The position numbers and the translations under genes were made by a program. A model generated the notes under the pieces. It had not been told where the DNA came from. It did no database searches and saw only the letters and a program-made list of their open reading frames with translations. This document shows positions 1-8,355 of a stretch of DNA of 20,894 nucleotides, piece by piece (the stretch's first letter is position 1; the number at the start of each line of letters is the position of its first letter). Origin of the DNA: Myxococcales bacterium (GTDB taxonomy: Bacteria; Myxococcota_A; UBA9042); contig JBBISH010000113.1 in the NCBI GenBank assembly GCA_037441385.1, forward strand, positions 1 through 20,894, in the 5' to 3' direction.

Positions 1-13
1 CCGGTGGTGTGGG

Positions 14-41
14 AGGGGCGTCGGGCAACCGGCGCCCCTAC
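14..41 (-). repeat. GC-rich hairpin, GTAG-type REP-like palindrome or possible terminator downstream of the CotH-like gene
   Basis: AGGGGCGTCGG-GCAA-CCGGCGCCCCT (14-39) forms an 11-bp stem with one non-Watson-Crick pair and a 4-nt loop. On the minus strand it reads GTAG+GGGCG...CGCCC, the layout of GTAG-family REPs. There is no U-tract. Confidence 0.45.
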
Positions 42-139
42 CCGATAGGGCTAAGTGCCGCGGTTCGCACAGGTTTCCAATAGAACTAGGGTGCTAGTAG
101 CTATCCGGTAAGGCAGGCAGCATCGACCCACAACTTTGG

Positions 140-1690
140 CTACGGGCACGGCCCCAGCAGATCCACCAACGTCTGCTGGCGCTTCTTGATGTAGCTGTCC
201 AGGGCTCCGTAGGCGGCCTCGACCTGACCCGGCGATTGCTTGGCCACGGGGTCGCTGGTCAGCATCGGTTTCAGCACGGCCTTGTACGACGCAACAAGGG
301 GCAGCAGCTTGTCTTGGTGGAACAGGCCGCACTGCAGATTGCGGAACTTGGTCAGCAGCTTGCTCTTCAAGTCTGGGACCTGCCAAATGCGCGAATACAC
401 CTGATCGACGCGCGCGGGGCACCAGACGTTGGGGCTGCCCCAGGGGGTCTGTAGGTCGTACCAGGCGCCAAAGCCGCCAAAGGTCAGGTCGGTGCCGGTG
501 GCGATGATGTGAATACGCTTGGTCTTTTCGTCTGCATAGGCGGTGAAGTTCTGGCCCGCCGAGGCGAGGCCGTCCACGTTCGACAGCAGCGCGTCGACGG
601 CATAATCAGCCAGCAATTCGCCCAGGTAGAAGTGGTCGCCCAGCACTTGCTTGAGGTCGGCGTCGGCCGCGGCCGTGATCGCCTTGGCCAGGTCGACGAT
701 GGACTGCGGATCGCCCGGACTGCCGGACCAAGCTTTGCCCAACTCGTCGCAGCCCGCAGCCGGGCAGTCAAAGCCCAAGCACCCGTAGACTTGGCTGAAT
801 TTGTCGCCGTCGTTGTTGCCAAACGCGATCTTGAAGTAGCGCTTGTCCACCGACTCTTGCAGTTGGTAGAGGCCAAAGTCCTTGCCGTTGACCCACAACC
901 GCGCCCAACCCATGCGCGGGGCATTGCCGCCCACCTCGCGGACCAAGGCGCCGGCCAGCACCTCGCGGATGAACGTGTCGTCTTGGCCCGAGGCCTTGAG
1001 GCGGAATGCCTTCTCGCCTTCGGGGCCTACGCTGGTATTCGTGAAGTAGTCGAACTTAATGCGAACGTTGGGCTTTTGCGGATTGTCCAGCTGGCTGCCG
1101 TTGCCAAAACCGTGGATGCCGGCCTGGCCAAAGGCGGTGCCGTCGACCTCGACCGAAGCGGGGTGCCACTCGTAGACCTTCTTGCCGTCGGGCTGTTTGA
1201 CGCCGTCCATGTAGGCCGCCCACTCGGTGGCGTCGACGCTGAGCTTGACCACATGGATGCCGGTGACGTCGAACAAGCTGGTTGGCGTGCCGATCTTGCT
1301 GATCTCAGAGGGCAGTCCGCCGCCAACGTCCGCCGAGAACGGCCCCGTGGTGTCGCTTGGGCTAGTGGTGGCGTCGATCGTCGCGGCCACGTCCTCTGCC
1401 GCCGCGTCCGTCACTGTGCCCGGTGCGGTGTCCGGTGCGGTGTCCGTACTTGCCGTGTCTTGAGGTGTGGCGACATCTTGGCCCGCGATGTCTTTGGGCG
1501 CGGGCTTCCAATCGGCCTCGTCCACGTCGAAGTAGCTCACGACCGGGCCGGGTTCGCTGCCACACGCCGCCAGCGAGACCGTCCACGCGCCAGCGGCGAT
1601 CAGCCACCAGCCAAGTTGTGCGGGCCGCGCCGCTGCCAAAGTTATCCGTGGTTTCACGAGGTGCGCTCTCTGCGCCGATGTCGGCTGCAT
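140..1690 (-). CDS. CotH kinase family lipoprotein
   Basis: Lipobox SLAAC follows a hydrophobic segment, then a D/T-rich linker. CotH-type motifs: GNGS..PQKPNVRIKFD, D.TFIRE.LA, APRMGWARLWVNGKDFGLYQLQESVDKRYF, NVDG...NF, TDLTFG. Start placed at ATG 1690 (GTG 1657 is an alternative); the ORF-track start at 1897 would overlap the divergent gene. Confidence 0.85.
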   Translation of the reverse strand: MQPTSAQRAHLVKPRITLAAARPAQLGWWLIAAGAWTVSLAACGSEPGPVVSYFDVDEADWKPAPKDIAGQDVATPQDTASTDTAPDTAPGTVTDAAAEDVAATIDATTSPSDTTGPFSADVGGGLPSEISKIGTPTSLFDVTGIHVVKLSVDATEWAAYMDGVKQPDGKKVYEWHPASVEVDGTAFGQAGIHGFGNGSQLDNPQKPNVRIKFDYFTNTSVGPEGEKAFRLKASGQDDTFIREVLAGALVREVGGNAPRMGWARLWVNGKDFGLYQLQESVDKRYFKIAFGNNDGDKFSQVYGCLGFDCPAAGCDELGKAWSGSPGDPQSIVDLAKAITAAADADLKQVLGDHFYLGELLADYAVDALLSNVDGLASAGQNFTAYADEKTKRIHIIATGTDLTFGGFGAWYDLQTPWGSPNVWCPARVDQVYSRIWQVPDLKSKLLTKFRNLQCGLFHQDKLLPLVASYKAVLKPMLTSDPVAKQSPGQVEAAYGALDSYIKKRQQTLVDLLGPCP

Positions 1691-1802
1691 GCCTTTTGCT
1701 TGTACCGATCCTTGCGGTCTTGCGCAACCGCCGCCGCGGGTTCCGCAAGGGAATTGGCGGCAGTGCAGCGGCTGCGCTATCGTGGCTGCGAGGCGAGGTG
1801 CG

Positions 1803-4094
1803 ATGTCTTGGATGCGGGGCAAAGGGGAGCTGCTGGCGACGCTGCTGACCTTTGCAGCGCTGGCGCTGTGGGCCGCAGCGTGCAACGACCAGACCACCTA
1901 CGTGGGCCCGCGACCGCCGCAGCAGCCACCGATCCCCCAATTCCGTACCCATGGCGATTACTTCGAGATTGACCGCCGCCAGGGAAAGGGGTGGGAACCC
2001 TTTGTGGTCAAGGGCGTGAACCTGGCTGTGGCGACGCCGGGCCGCTACCCCGGCGAACTGGCTGCGACCCGCGCCGACTATCTCCGCTGGCTGGACGGCA
2101 TCTCGGCCGTGGGCGCCAATGTCGTCCGCATCTACACGCTGCATTACCCAGTGTTCTATCAGGCGTTTCGCGACTGGAATCTGGCGCACCCCACCAAGCC
2201 GCTCTACATGCTGCACGGGATTTGGCTGGACGAACGCGAGGAGGGCGACTTCATCACCGACTCGACCAAGAACTTCGAGGCGGAGATTCGTTTGGACATC
2301 GACGCCTTGCATGGCAATGCCAACATCGCCGAGCGCTTTGGCAAGGCCTCTGGCCACTACACGGCCGACGCGTCGCCCTGGCTCATGTGCTGGCTGCCCG
2401 GCGACGAAATGGACGGGCACATCGTCGCCAATTCCGACGACGAGTGGGCGGGTTACAATGTCTACAATGGCCGCTTCTTGCACATGGCCAAGGGCGGCAA
2501 ACCCATGGAGGGTTGGATCGCCCACCAGATGGACAACGTGCTGTCGTACGAATACGACCGCTACGGGGTGCTGCGGCCGATCGGCTGGTCCAGCTGGCCC
2601 GCGCTGGATCCCATCCACCACCCCACCGAGACGCCGAACTTTGCCCAAGATGTGGTGGACTGCAACTTTGCCAAATTCGATATGATTCCTCCGTTTGATC
2701 GGGGCCTCTTCGCGAGCTACCACATCTACCCGTTCAACCCCGAGTTCATCATTTACGACCCGGTGTACCAGACCACCAAGACCGCGGCTGGGGTGGTGAG
2801 CAGCTACGTGGGCTACATGAAGGACCTGAAGGCCCACCACCCGGGCGTGCCCGTGTTGGTGGCCGAGTACGGCATCCCGTCGAGCCAGGGCAACGCCCAC
2901 AAGAACCCGTGGGCCTACGATCACGGCGGCTACAACGAGACTGAACAGGCTGATATTATTTATGAACTATACCACAATTGCCGCGAAGCCGGCATGGCCG
3001 GCACGATCGTGTTCGAGTGGATCGACGAGTGGTTCAAACGCACCTGGGTGACCACGCCGACGATGCTCCCCGGCGACCGCGGCGCGCTGTGGCTGGACGT
3101 GATGAGCCCCGAGGAAAACTTTGGCGTCATGAGCTACTACCCGCTCCCCGGCTGGTCCAAGATTCTGGATGGCAAGGTAGCGGATTGGAACGACAAGGAT
3201 TTTTGGGCCGCCAAGCAGCCGGCCGCGCCGGTGAGCGGCGTGGGCGATGGTGGAGACGCGGCGCGTACGCTGGTGGGCGTGCAGGTCGCCTCGGACCCGG
3301 CCTACGTCTACCTGCGGCTGCAGTTTGCCACGGACGCGGTGCCGAACCTGGACCAACTAACCGTGATGATAGGGCTTTCTACGGTCGAGGGCGCGCTGGG
3401 CAATCGCGTCTTGGGGGCGCTGCATTCGCCGCAAGATACCACGTTGACCACGGTGGGCGACTTGGGGTTCGAGTCGATGGTCTTGCTGGACGGCGCCACG
3501 CGCGAACTTCGCGTCGACGGCACGTACAGCCCGATGGCCAAGATCAACGGCGCGTCAAAGTTGGGTGGTATTCCGCAGCTGACCACGGACGGCAACTTCG
3601 TCCTGGAAAAGCAATTGGTGAACAACAACGCCCAGTACGAACAGGCCGGCATCCTCATCAACGGCGAACCCTGGCCGATTCCGGCCAAGCAGTACCACAC
3701 GTGGGGCAAACTGCGGACCGGCGACTGGCAGAACGACAGCTTGGCGCACGTGCAGGTGGGCGAGGGGGGCCAACTGGAAATTCGCTTGCCGTGGCACGCC
3801 TTGTGGTTTACCGACCCGTCGAGCCGCAGCATCTTGTGGGACGACCCAGCCACGCCAGCGTGGGACATCAAGACGACCAAGGGGATTCGCGTGTTCGCGG
3901 CGACGGCGGTCAAGTCGCCGAGCGGCTACCGGCTGGTCGATGCGGCGCCGCGCAATGCACTGACGGCCAAGGGGATTGTTGCCTCCGAGGTGCCGCTGTA
4001 CTCCTGGCCGGTTTGGGACAGTGTCGACCACTTTGTCGAGCGAAAGAAGTTGATGTTCTACGCGCTGCGCAGCGCCTTTGCGGAGGATCCGTAG
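1803..4094 (+). CDS. Lipoprotein with a clan GH-A-like (beta/alpha)8 glycoside hydrolase domain and a C-terminal beta-sandwich domain; substrate unknown
   Basis: GAGGTG RBS before ATG 1803 and lipobox WAAAC. Motifs KGVNL..ATPGRYPGE, GANVVRIYT, GDE (candidate acid/base), ASYHIYP, VLVAEYG (candidate nucleophile), FEWIDEWFKRTW and EENFG. Confidence 0.75.
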   Translation: MSWMRGKGELLATLLTFAALALWAAACNDQTTYVGPRPPQQPPIPQFRTHGDYFEIDRRQGKGWEPFVVKGVNLAVATPGRYPGELAATRADYLRWLDGISAVGANVVRIYTLHYPVFYQAFRDWNLAHPTKPLYMLHGIWLDEREEGDFITDSTKNFEAEIRLDIDALHGNANIAERFGKASGHYTADASPWLMCWLPGDEMDGHIVANSDDEWAGYNVYNGRFLHMAKGGKPMEGWIAHQMDNVLSYEYDRYGVLRPIGWSSWPALDPIHHPTETPNFAQDVVDCNFAKFDMIPPFDRGLFASYHIYPFNPEFIIYDPVYQTTKTAAGVVSSYVGYMKDLKAHHPGVPVLVAEYGIPSSQGNAHKNPWAYDHGGYNETEQADIIYELYHNCREAGMAGTIVFEWIDEWFKRTWVTTPTMLPGDRGALWLDVMSPEENFGVMSYYPLPGWSKILDGKVADWNDKDFWAAKQPAAPVSGVGDGGDAARTLVGVQVASDPAYVYLRLQFATDAVPNLDQLTVMIGLSTVEGALGNRVLGALHSPQDTTLTTVGDLGFESMVLLDGATRELRVDGTYSPMAKINGASKLGGIPQLTTDGNFVLEKQLVNNNAQYEQAGILINGEPWPIPAKQYHTWGKLRTGDWQNDSLAHVQVGEGGQLEIRLPWHALWFTDPSSRSILWDDPATPAWDIKTTKGIRVFAATAVKSPSGYRLVDAAPRNALTAKGIVASEVPLYSWPVWDSVDHFVERKKLMFYALRSAFAEDP

Positions 4095-5525
4095 ATGGCG
4101 CCCACGCTCCGAACGCTGGCCGTGCTGGCTTTTGCCTGGCTGCTCGCGGGGTTGTCGGCCCGCCCTGCCTACGCGGCGAAGGTGCCCAACGGCGACTTCG
4201 AGACGCCGAACGCGGACGGCACGGGCCCCGAGGACTGGAAGCCGAGTTTCTGGGGGCTGGTCACGGCCGAATTCGAGTGGACCACCACCGGCCATGCCGG
4301 TCGCGGCGCGCGCCTGCAAGTCGTCAGCAGTCAAGGCGAAGGCGACGCGCGCTGGTTCGGCACCGATTTTGAGGCCGACGGGACCGACATCCACTACCGT
4401 GTGTCGGACTGGTACCGCAGCGACGTGCCCAGCGAGCTCATCTTGTGGGTCGGCTTTGCCGAGGGAGAGTACGCCTACCTGCCCGTGGCCAGTTTGCCGG
4501 CCGCCGCGACGTGGACGCTGGCCCAGGCCGACCTGACCATCCCGCCAGGAGCGCTCAGCTTGCAGGTTCTTCACACCGTTCATGATATTGGCTACTTGGA
4601 GATCGATGACGTAGCTTGTGAGGGGCTGGATGGCAGTGCCCTGGGGCCGGGCGCCTACCAGGCTACGGTCAGCTTCACCTTTGACGATGGCTGGCTGTCG
4701 ACCTACAACATGCTGACGCCGCAGCTGGATCAGCGGGGTTGGAAGGCGACCCACTTCCTCATCACCGACTACCCCGAGAAGCCGGGCTACCAGTCGGATT
4801 TCATCACGGTCAAGCAGATCCACTCGCTGCTGGACCGTTGCCACGAGGTCGCGAGCCACACGGTCACGCACCCGGACCTAGCGACCCTGACGCCGGATCA
4901 GGTGCAGGTGGAATTGGCCAAGTCGCTCGACTCGCTGAAAAGCTGGGGTGTTACGCCCTATGGGTTGGCGCTGCCGTTTGGCTCGACGACGCCGGCCATC
5001 ACGGAGCAAGCCGGCAAGCTGTACGCCTACGTGCGGACCATGAATCCGGACCTGAACAAGCCGCCGTACCAGCCCCTGGCGCTCAATGGCCACGTGATGG
5101 GCCGCGACTCGACCGCGTACGAGTTGGAGCTGCTGTTGCGGCGGGCCGAGCACGTCGACGGCGGCTGGGTGATCCTGGTACTGCACCGCGCCTCGAACAC
5201 TCCACCGGGCGAAGACTATGTGACGATGAAACAATTCAAGAGTTTCCTAGAGGTCGTCGCCAGTCACAACGCCAAAGTCGAGACGATTGCCCAGCATTTG
5301 GGCTTGGCCGCCACCTGTACCGAGGTGGTGGCGCCGCCGCCGATCATCGGCGACAAGTCGCTGGACCCTCCCGAGCCCGCCACCAAGGCCACCGCGGCGA
5401 TAATTCCTGGCGCGGACGCGGGCTGTCAATCGCTGCCGCGATCCGGTAGTGGTGGGGCCTGGTGGTTCGGGTGGCTCGCGGCCGCTGGGCTGGCGGTCTT
5501 GGGTCACCGGCGCCGGACAAGCTAG
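4095..5525 (+). CDS. Secreted polysaccharide deacetylase (NodB/CE4) with an N-terminal carbohydrate-binding-like domain and a MYXO-CTERM-like anchor
   Basis: Signal peptide ending AYA, then an NGDFE start typical of CBM4/9-like domains. CE4 motifs TFDDG, SHTVTHP, LPFG and ILVLH. The C-terminus is GC...hydrophobic helix...RRR. The ATG directly abuts the upstream TAG, suggesting translational coupling. Confidence 0.88.
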   Translation: MAPTLRTLAVLAFAWLLAGLSARPAYAAKVPNGDFETPNADGTGPEDWKPSFWGLVTAEFEWTTTGHAGRGARLQVVSSQGEGDARWFGTDFEADGTDIHYRVSDWYRSDVPSELILWVGFAEGEYAYLPVASLPAAATWTLAQADLTIPPGALSLQVLHTVHDIGYLEIDDVACEGLDGSALGPGAYQATVSFTFDDGWLSTYNMLTPQLDQRGWKATHFLITDYPEKPGYQSDFITVKQIHSLLDRCHEVASHTVTHPDLATLTPDQVQVELAKSLDSLKSWGVTPYGLALPFGSTTPAITEQAGKLYAYVRTMNPDLNKPPYQPLALNGHVMGRDSTAYELELLLRRAEHVDGGWVILVLHRASNTPPGEDYVTMKQFKSFLEVVASHNAKVETIAQHLGLAATCTEVVAPPPIIGDKSLDPPEPATKATAAIIPGADAGCQSLPRSGSGGAWWFGWLAAAGLAVLGHRRRTS

Positions 5526-5558
5526 GAGCGTGTCGGGATAATCCCGGCACAATCCCAG
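5522..5558. mobile_element. Minimal MITE-like remnant (two terminal inverted repeats only) at the CTAG that contains the deacetylase stop codon
   Basis: CTAG | GAGCGTGTCGGGAT-A-ATCCCGGCACAATC | CCAG. The left arm matches the arms of the 5644-5728 element. Confidence 0.4.
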
Positions 5559-5578
5559 CGCCGCGTCTTGCGCGGCGG

Positions 5579-5628
5579 CAACTGGCTGAAATCGCGCGAA
5601 TTCACTTCGGGCGATTTTCGGCCAGTTG
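5579..5628. repeat. Long imperfect inverted repeat with IHF-like sites in both arms
   Basis: CAACTGGCTGAAATCGC...GCGATTTTCGGCCAGTTG. The arms read TTTCAG-N4-TTG (reverse strand) and TTTCGG-N4-TTG, resembling the IHF consensus WATCAR-N4-TTR. Confidence 0.55.
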
Positions 5629-5643
5629 GACAAACGAAAAAGG

Positions 5644-5728
5644 CTAGGAGACTGGCGGCACCCAATAAGATCATAATGTATAACTAAATAGACATGTAGT
5701 GTCGCCCATCTTGCCGACAGGCTCCTAG
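5644..5728. mobile_element. MITE-like element: 13-bp imperfect terminal inverted repeats, flanking CTAG on both sides and an AT-rich core
   Basis: CTAG(5644-47) GAGACTGGCGGCA ... TGCCGACAGGCTC CTAG(5725-28); the arms are 11/13 complementary. CTAG is a known target of IS5-type elements. Confidence 0.5.
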
Positions 5729-5738
5729 AACAGCAATC

Positions 5739-5817
5739 ATACGAACCCGTCTGATTCACGCCTGCACGGCCTCTCTGACCAGGTCTGCAACCGGCGAGGA
5801 TCACGCGGGGTTCGAAT
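5739..5817 (-). repeat. Dispersed palindromic element, copy A
   Basis: ATACGAACCC...GGGTTCGAAT hairpin. Its reverse complement aligns by hand at 59/73 to 14327-14399. Confidence 0.85.
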
Positions 5818-6479
5818 CATTGGGTTGGCGGGGGCGGCGGCAGCGGGCGCAGGCTTGCCCAGTCGCCATCTTGCCGTCCCCACACTTGCACGGTATCGCC
5901 GCCGCTGATGACCAGGATGTGCTGCTGCGGACCAAGCGTTGCGAGGGCCTGCTCTGGCCAACCCCTGCCGGGCAACACCTTGACCGTCTTGCCGTGCTCT
6001 TGAAGCGCCCAGTCGCCGTTGTGCGGCCGCAGCGCCAGGGTGGCGGTGGGCAGGGCCTCGCCCTTGGCAGCTTGGTATGGGCGTACTTGCACGACCGCTC
6101 CGCGCTGGCCGCTGCAGTTTTGCGGCACGACCTGGACGCCTGGGAAGTCCTTGACCAGTCCGGCAAGCCGCTTGGCGCGCTCTTCGCACTGGGCCAGCGG
6201 CACCTGCTGCGGGCGCGACCCGTCGCCTGGGCTGAAATCGGACGACAGCAAGAAGCTTTGCGCCGCGCCCGCGGTGGTGTAGACCGTGTAGCTGAGCGAC
6301 CCGCCGCCCTCGGGTCCGGACTGGCTGTTGCTGACCAGAACGCTCCGACCGTCGCTGGCGAAGGCCTGAACGGACGCGACACCCTGCATGCACATGGCGT
6401 GGGCTTGGCCGGCGCCCCCCAGGCCCAGCGCCAACAGCAGCGCCCGCCGGATTCGGTTTCCCGTCGCTCTGCCCAGCAT
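5817..6479 (-). CDS. Secreted hypothetical protein
   Basis: AAGGAGG RBS 4 nt before ATG 6479. Signal peptide (RIRRALLLALGLGGAGQAHA), GC-rich codon usage and a Pro-rich C-terminus. No family recognised. Confidence 0.7.
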   Translation of the reverse strand: MLGRATGNRIRRALLLALGLGGAGQAHAMCMQGVASVQAFASDGRSVLVSNSQSGPEGGGSLSYTVYTTAGAAQSFLLSSDFSPGDGSRPQQVPLAQCEERAKRLAGLVKDFPGVQVVPQNCSGQRGAVVQVRPYQAAKGEALPTATLALRPHNGDWALQEHGKTVKVLPGRGWPEQALATLGPQQHILVISGGDTVQVWGRQDGDWASLRPLPPPPPTQ

Positions 6480-6507
6480 GATGCCTCCTTGGTGATGGTC
6501 GTCTTGC

Positions 6508-6536
6508 AGCGTACGAGCGCGGCGGCCGGCCGTCAA
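6508..6536 (-). promoter_or_regulatory. Sigma70-like promoter for 5817..6479
   Basis: Minus strand TTGACG (6536-6531) - 17 nt - TACGCT (6513-6508), about 30 nt upstream of the start codon. Confidence 0.6.
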
Positions 6537-6550
6537 CGCGGTCGTCACAA

Positions 6551-6812
6551 TGGGGGGCAATTTCTACCCCGTGATCTCAAATGGCTTTTGGGCGTCCCGG
6601 CCCGGCGCAGAGAAAGTTGGGGAGCAATTTCTGCACCCGCTCCGCCGGGCCGTCGCGCTGCGGCCGCCGGTCGAACCGAGCGCGTGCGGGACCGCGGCTT
6701 TGCGCTCCCGGCGGTGGCGTCGCCCGCTCGGCGCCGCCACCCCTGGCGGGGCCAGCATCGCTGACGCGGACCCAGGACTGCAGCAATTTCAGCTAGTAGA
6801 AAATGCCCCCCA
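6551..6812. repeat. Intergenic segment bounded by 17-bp inverted repeats, with further internal copies of the motif
   Basis: TGGGGGGCAATTTCTAC (6551-67) versus GTAGAAAATGCCCCCCA (6796-6812), 16/17 complementary. A direct copy TGGGGAGCAATTTCTGC lies at 6618-34 and GCAATTTC at 6783-90. Confidence 0.75.
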
Positions 6813-6941
6813 ACCGCTAGAGCAGCGGGTCGCGCCAGTGTAGGGCTCTGGGGGGCCCGCTTGCGACCCACTGAGCATCCACGAGTTTTCGTCAGCGAGT
6901 GGTCTCGTTGCTCTGAACCTCGGAGATTCGCGATTGGTGTT

Positions 6942-8234
6942 CTAGAGCCGATACTCGTAGCCCAGGGTGATCTGCAGGGCAAGGTTGTCGCGGCTGACAA
7001 CGCCCTCTTCTTTGACGGCGGAGTAGGCGCGAATACCGGTCAGGAACGTGACGATGCCGGTGTCGCTCCCCCCATTGCCCGTGGCATAGACCTGCACGCC
7101 GGCCGTGGCGGCAAGCCCCGCCGGGTCGAACTGCAGGCGACCGTGCAGGTTGGTGTAGCGGCCCACGGGCACCGCGGCCGTTGCCCGAAGGAACGAGGGG
7201 AAACTCCGGTCGTCTGTCACCGGACCGGGCAAGAAGGCCGCCTGCAGCGTTGCGTGCACGCCGTCGCGCGACCCGGCGCGCGCATCCAGCCCCAACTGCG
7301 GCACCCATCGGCCGCACGGACTGGAACCCTCGACTTCGCCCAGGTAGAAAGCTCCCGCGCCGCCTACGCAATAGCCAGTCTTCCGCGCCGCGCCCGCGCC
7401 CAAACCCACTGCAACCTTGTCCAGGTCGTAGCGCAACGTGGCCAGCACGACGGCGCGCCGTTGGGTCGAATCGCCCAGCTGCGCTCCATCCAGCATTAGC
7501 TCGACGTCCAAGTTCTCGCTCATCGTCTTGGCCGCAGCGGCGCGGAAGAGCCAGGGCGAGTCGCTGGTACCGTCGGCGCTCAGGTAGGTGATCTCGCCCT
7601 GGAACCACGCGCGCCGCGGCAACTTGTCCGGCTGACCGATGACCTTCTCAGCGTCCACCAGGGTGCCGTACGCCAGATAGCCGGGCGCGACGTCGACGCC
7701 GCGCGGCAGGTCCGTCACCCACACGTCGTCTTGCCGCGGGCCCAGCTCGAGCAGAAGGTCTTTTGCGTTCCAGACGTTGCGGAGCCGGACCACCTTTGGC
7801 GGGGCCGCATCCCAACTGGGCGGACTGGCAATGCCCACGCGACCACTCCGGCTCCAGGCCACCTTGGCGGGCTCGGCGTGAGTCGGCGTCTCCACTTCGC
7901 TCAGGTCCGCCGGCGCCTCGCGGTCCGTAGGCACAACGAGCCGCTCGTCCGTCGCGAGGATGAGCACGACCCCATCGGACTCGAAGACCACCCGCGCAAC
8001 GCGAGCAGGCGGCCGAACTTCGCGGATCAGCACGGGCCCTGCGTCGGCGCCTAGGCGGTACACCCCGACCGTGCCGTCGGTCCGCTCCACGACCCGGAGC
8101 GAGGGCGAGTCCCACGTGCCCGGCACGGGCGCCGTCTGGGCCTGAGCCGCCGGGACCTCCGCGAGCTCCACGAACAGACAGGTGCTCCCAAGCAGGGCCC
8201 ATACCGGCACCCAGGCCCGCAGGCTTCGTTGCAT
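6942..8234 (-). CDS. Secreted hypothetical protein with a probable C-terminal outer-membrane beta-barrel
   Basis: GAGGGGG RBS and a signal peptide ending AQA. The C-terminal half has alternating amphipathic strands rich in G and aromatic residues and ends LQITLGYEYRL. Confidence 0.65.
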   Translation of the reverse strand: MQRSLRAWVPVWALLGSTCLFVELAEVPAAQAQTAPVPGTWDSPSLRVVERTDGTVGVYRLGADAGPVLIREVRPPARVARVVFESDGVVLILATDERLVVPTDREAPADLSEVETPTHAEPAKVAWSRSGRVGIASPPSWDAAPPKVVRLRNVWNAKDLLLELGPRQDDVWVTDLPRGVDVAPGYLAYGTLVDAEKVIGQPDKLPRRAWFQGEITYLSADGTSDSPWLFRAAAAKTMSENLDVELMLDGAQLGDSTQRRAVVLATLRYDLDKVAVGLGAGAARKTGYCVGGAGAFYLGEVEGSSPCGRWVPQLGLDARAGSRDGVHATLQAAFLPGPVTDDRSFPSFLRATAAVPVGRYTNLHGRLQFDPAGLAATAGVQVYATGNGGSDTGIVTFLTGIRAYSAVKEEGVVSRDNLALQITLGYEYRL

Positions 8235-8355
8235 CCGCTACCCCCTCATGGAATCCGCTCCGAGCGGATCCGCGTTGAACCTGCAAATTCGATGGGGCCG
8301 GTCACCGCCAGGGCGCGCTTGCCCGACCTCCGCGCGGCGCCCGACCCTGAACTCG

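Noticed and set aside
1420..1446. 12-bp tandem repeat CCGGTGCGGTGT x2
   Set aside because: It simply encodes the DTAP repeats of the low-complexity lipoprotein stalk.
5666..5693. dif-like sequence: CATAATGTATA (5672-82) matches part of E. coli dif
   Set aside because: The conserved XerD arm TTATGTTAAAT is absent in this orientation (ACTAAATAGAC) and only about half matched on the other strand. The sequence is better explained as the AT-rich core of the CTAG-flanked element.
5806..5822. tRNA T-loop-like GGTTCGAATC, and a similar minus-strand GGTTCGAGCCC at 14311-21
   Set aside because: No complete T-stem, anticodon arm or acceptor stem can be built. Both are ends of the palindromic repeat.
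6550..6843. 97-aa ORF spanning the inverted-repeat segment
   Set aside because: It has no clear RBS, an R/A/P-rich low-information translation, and overlaps likely regulatory DNA.
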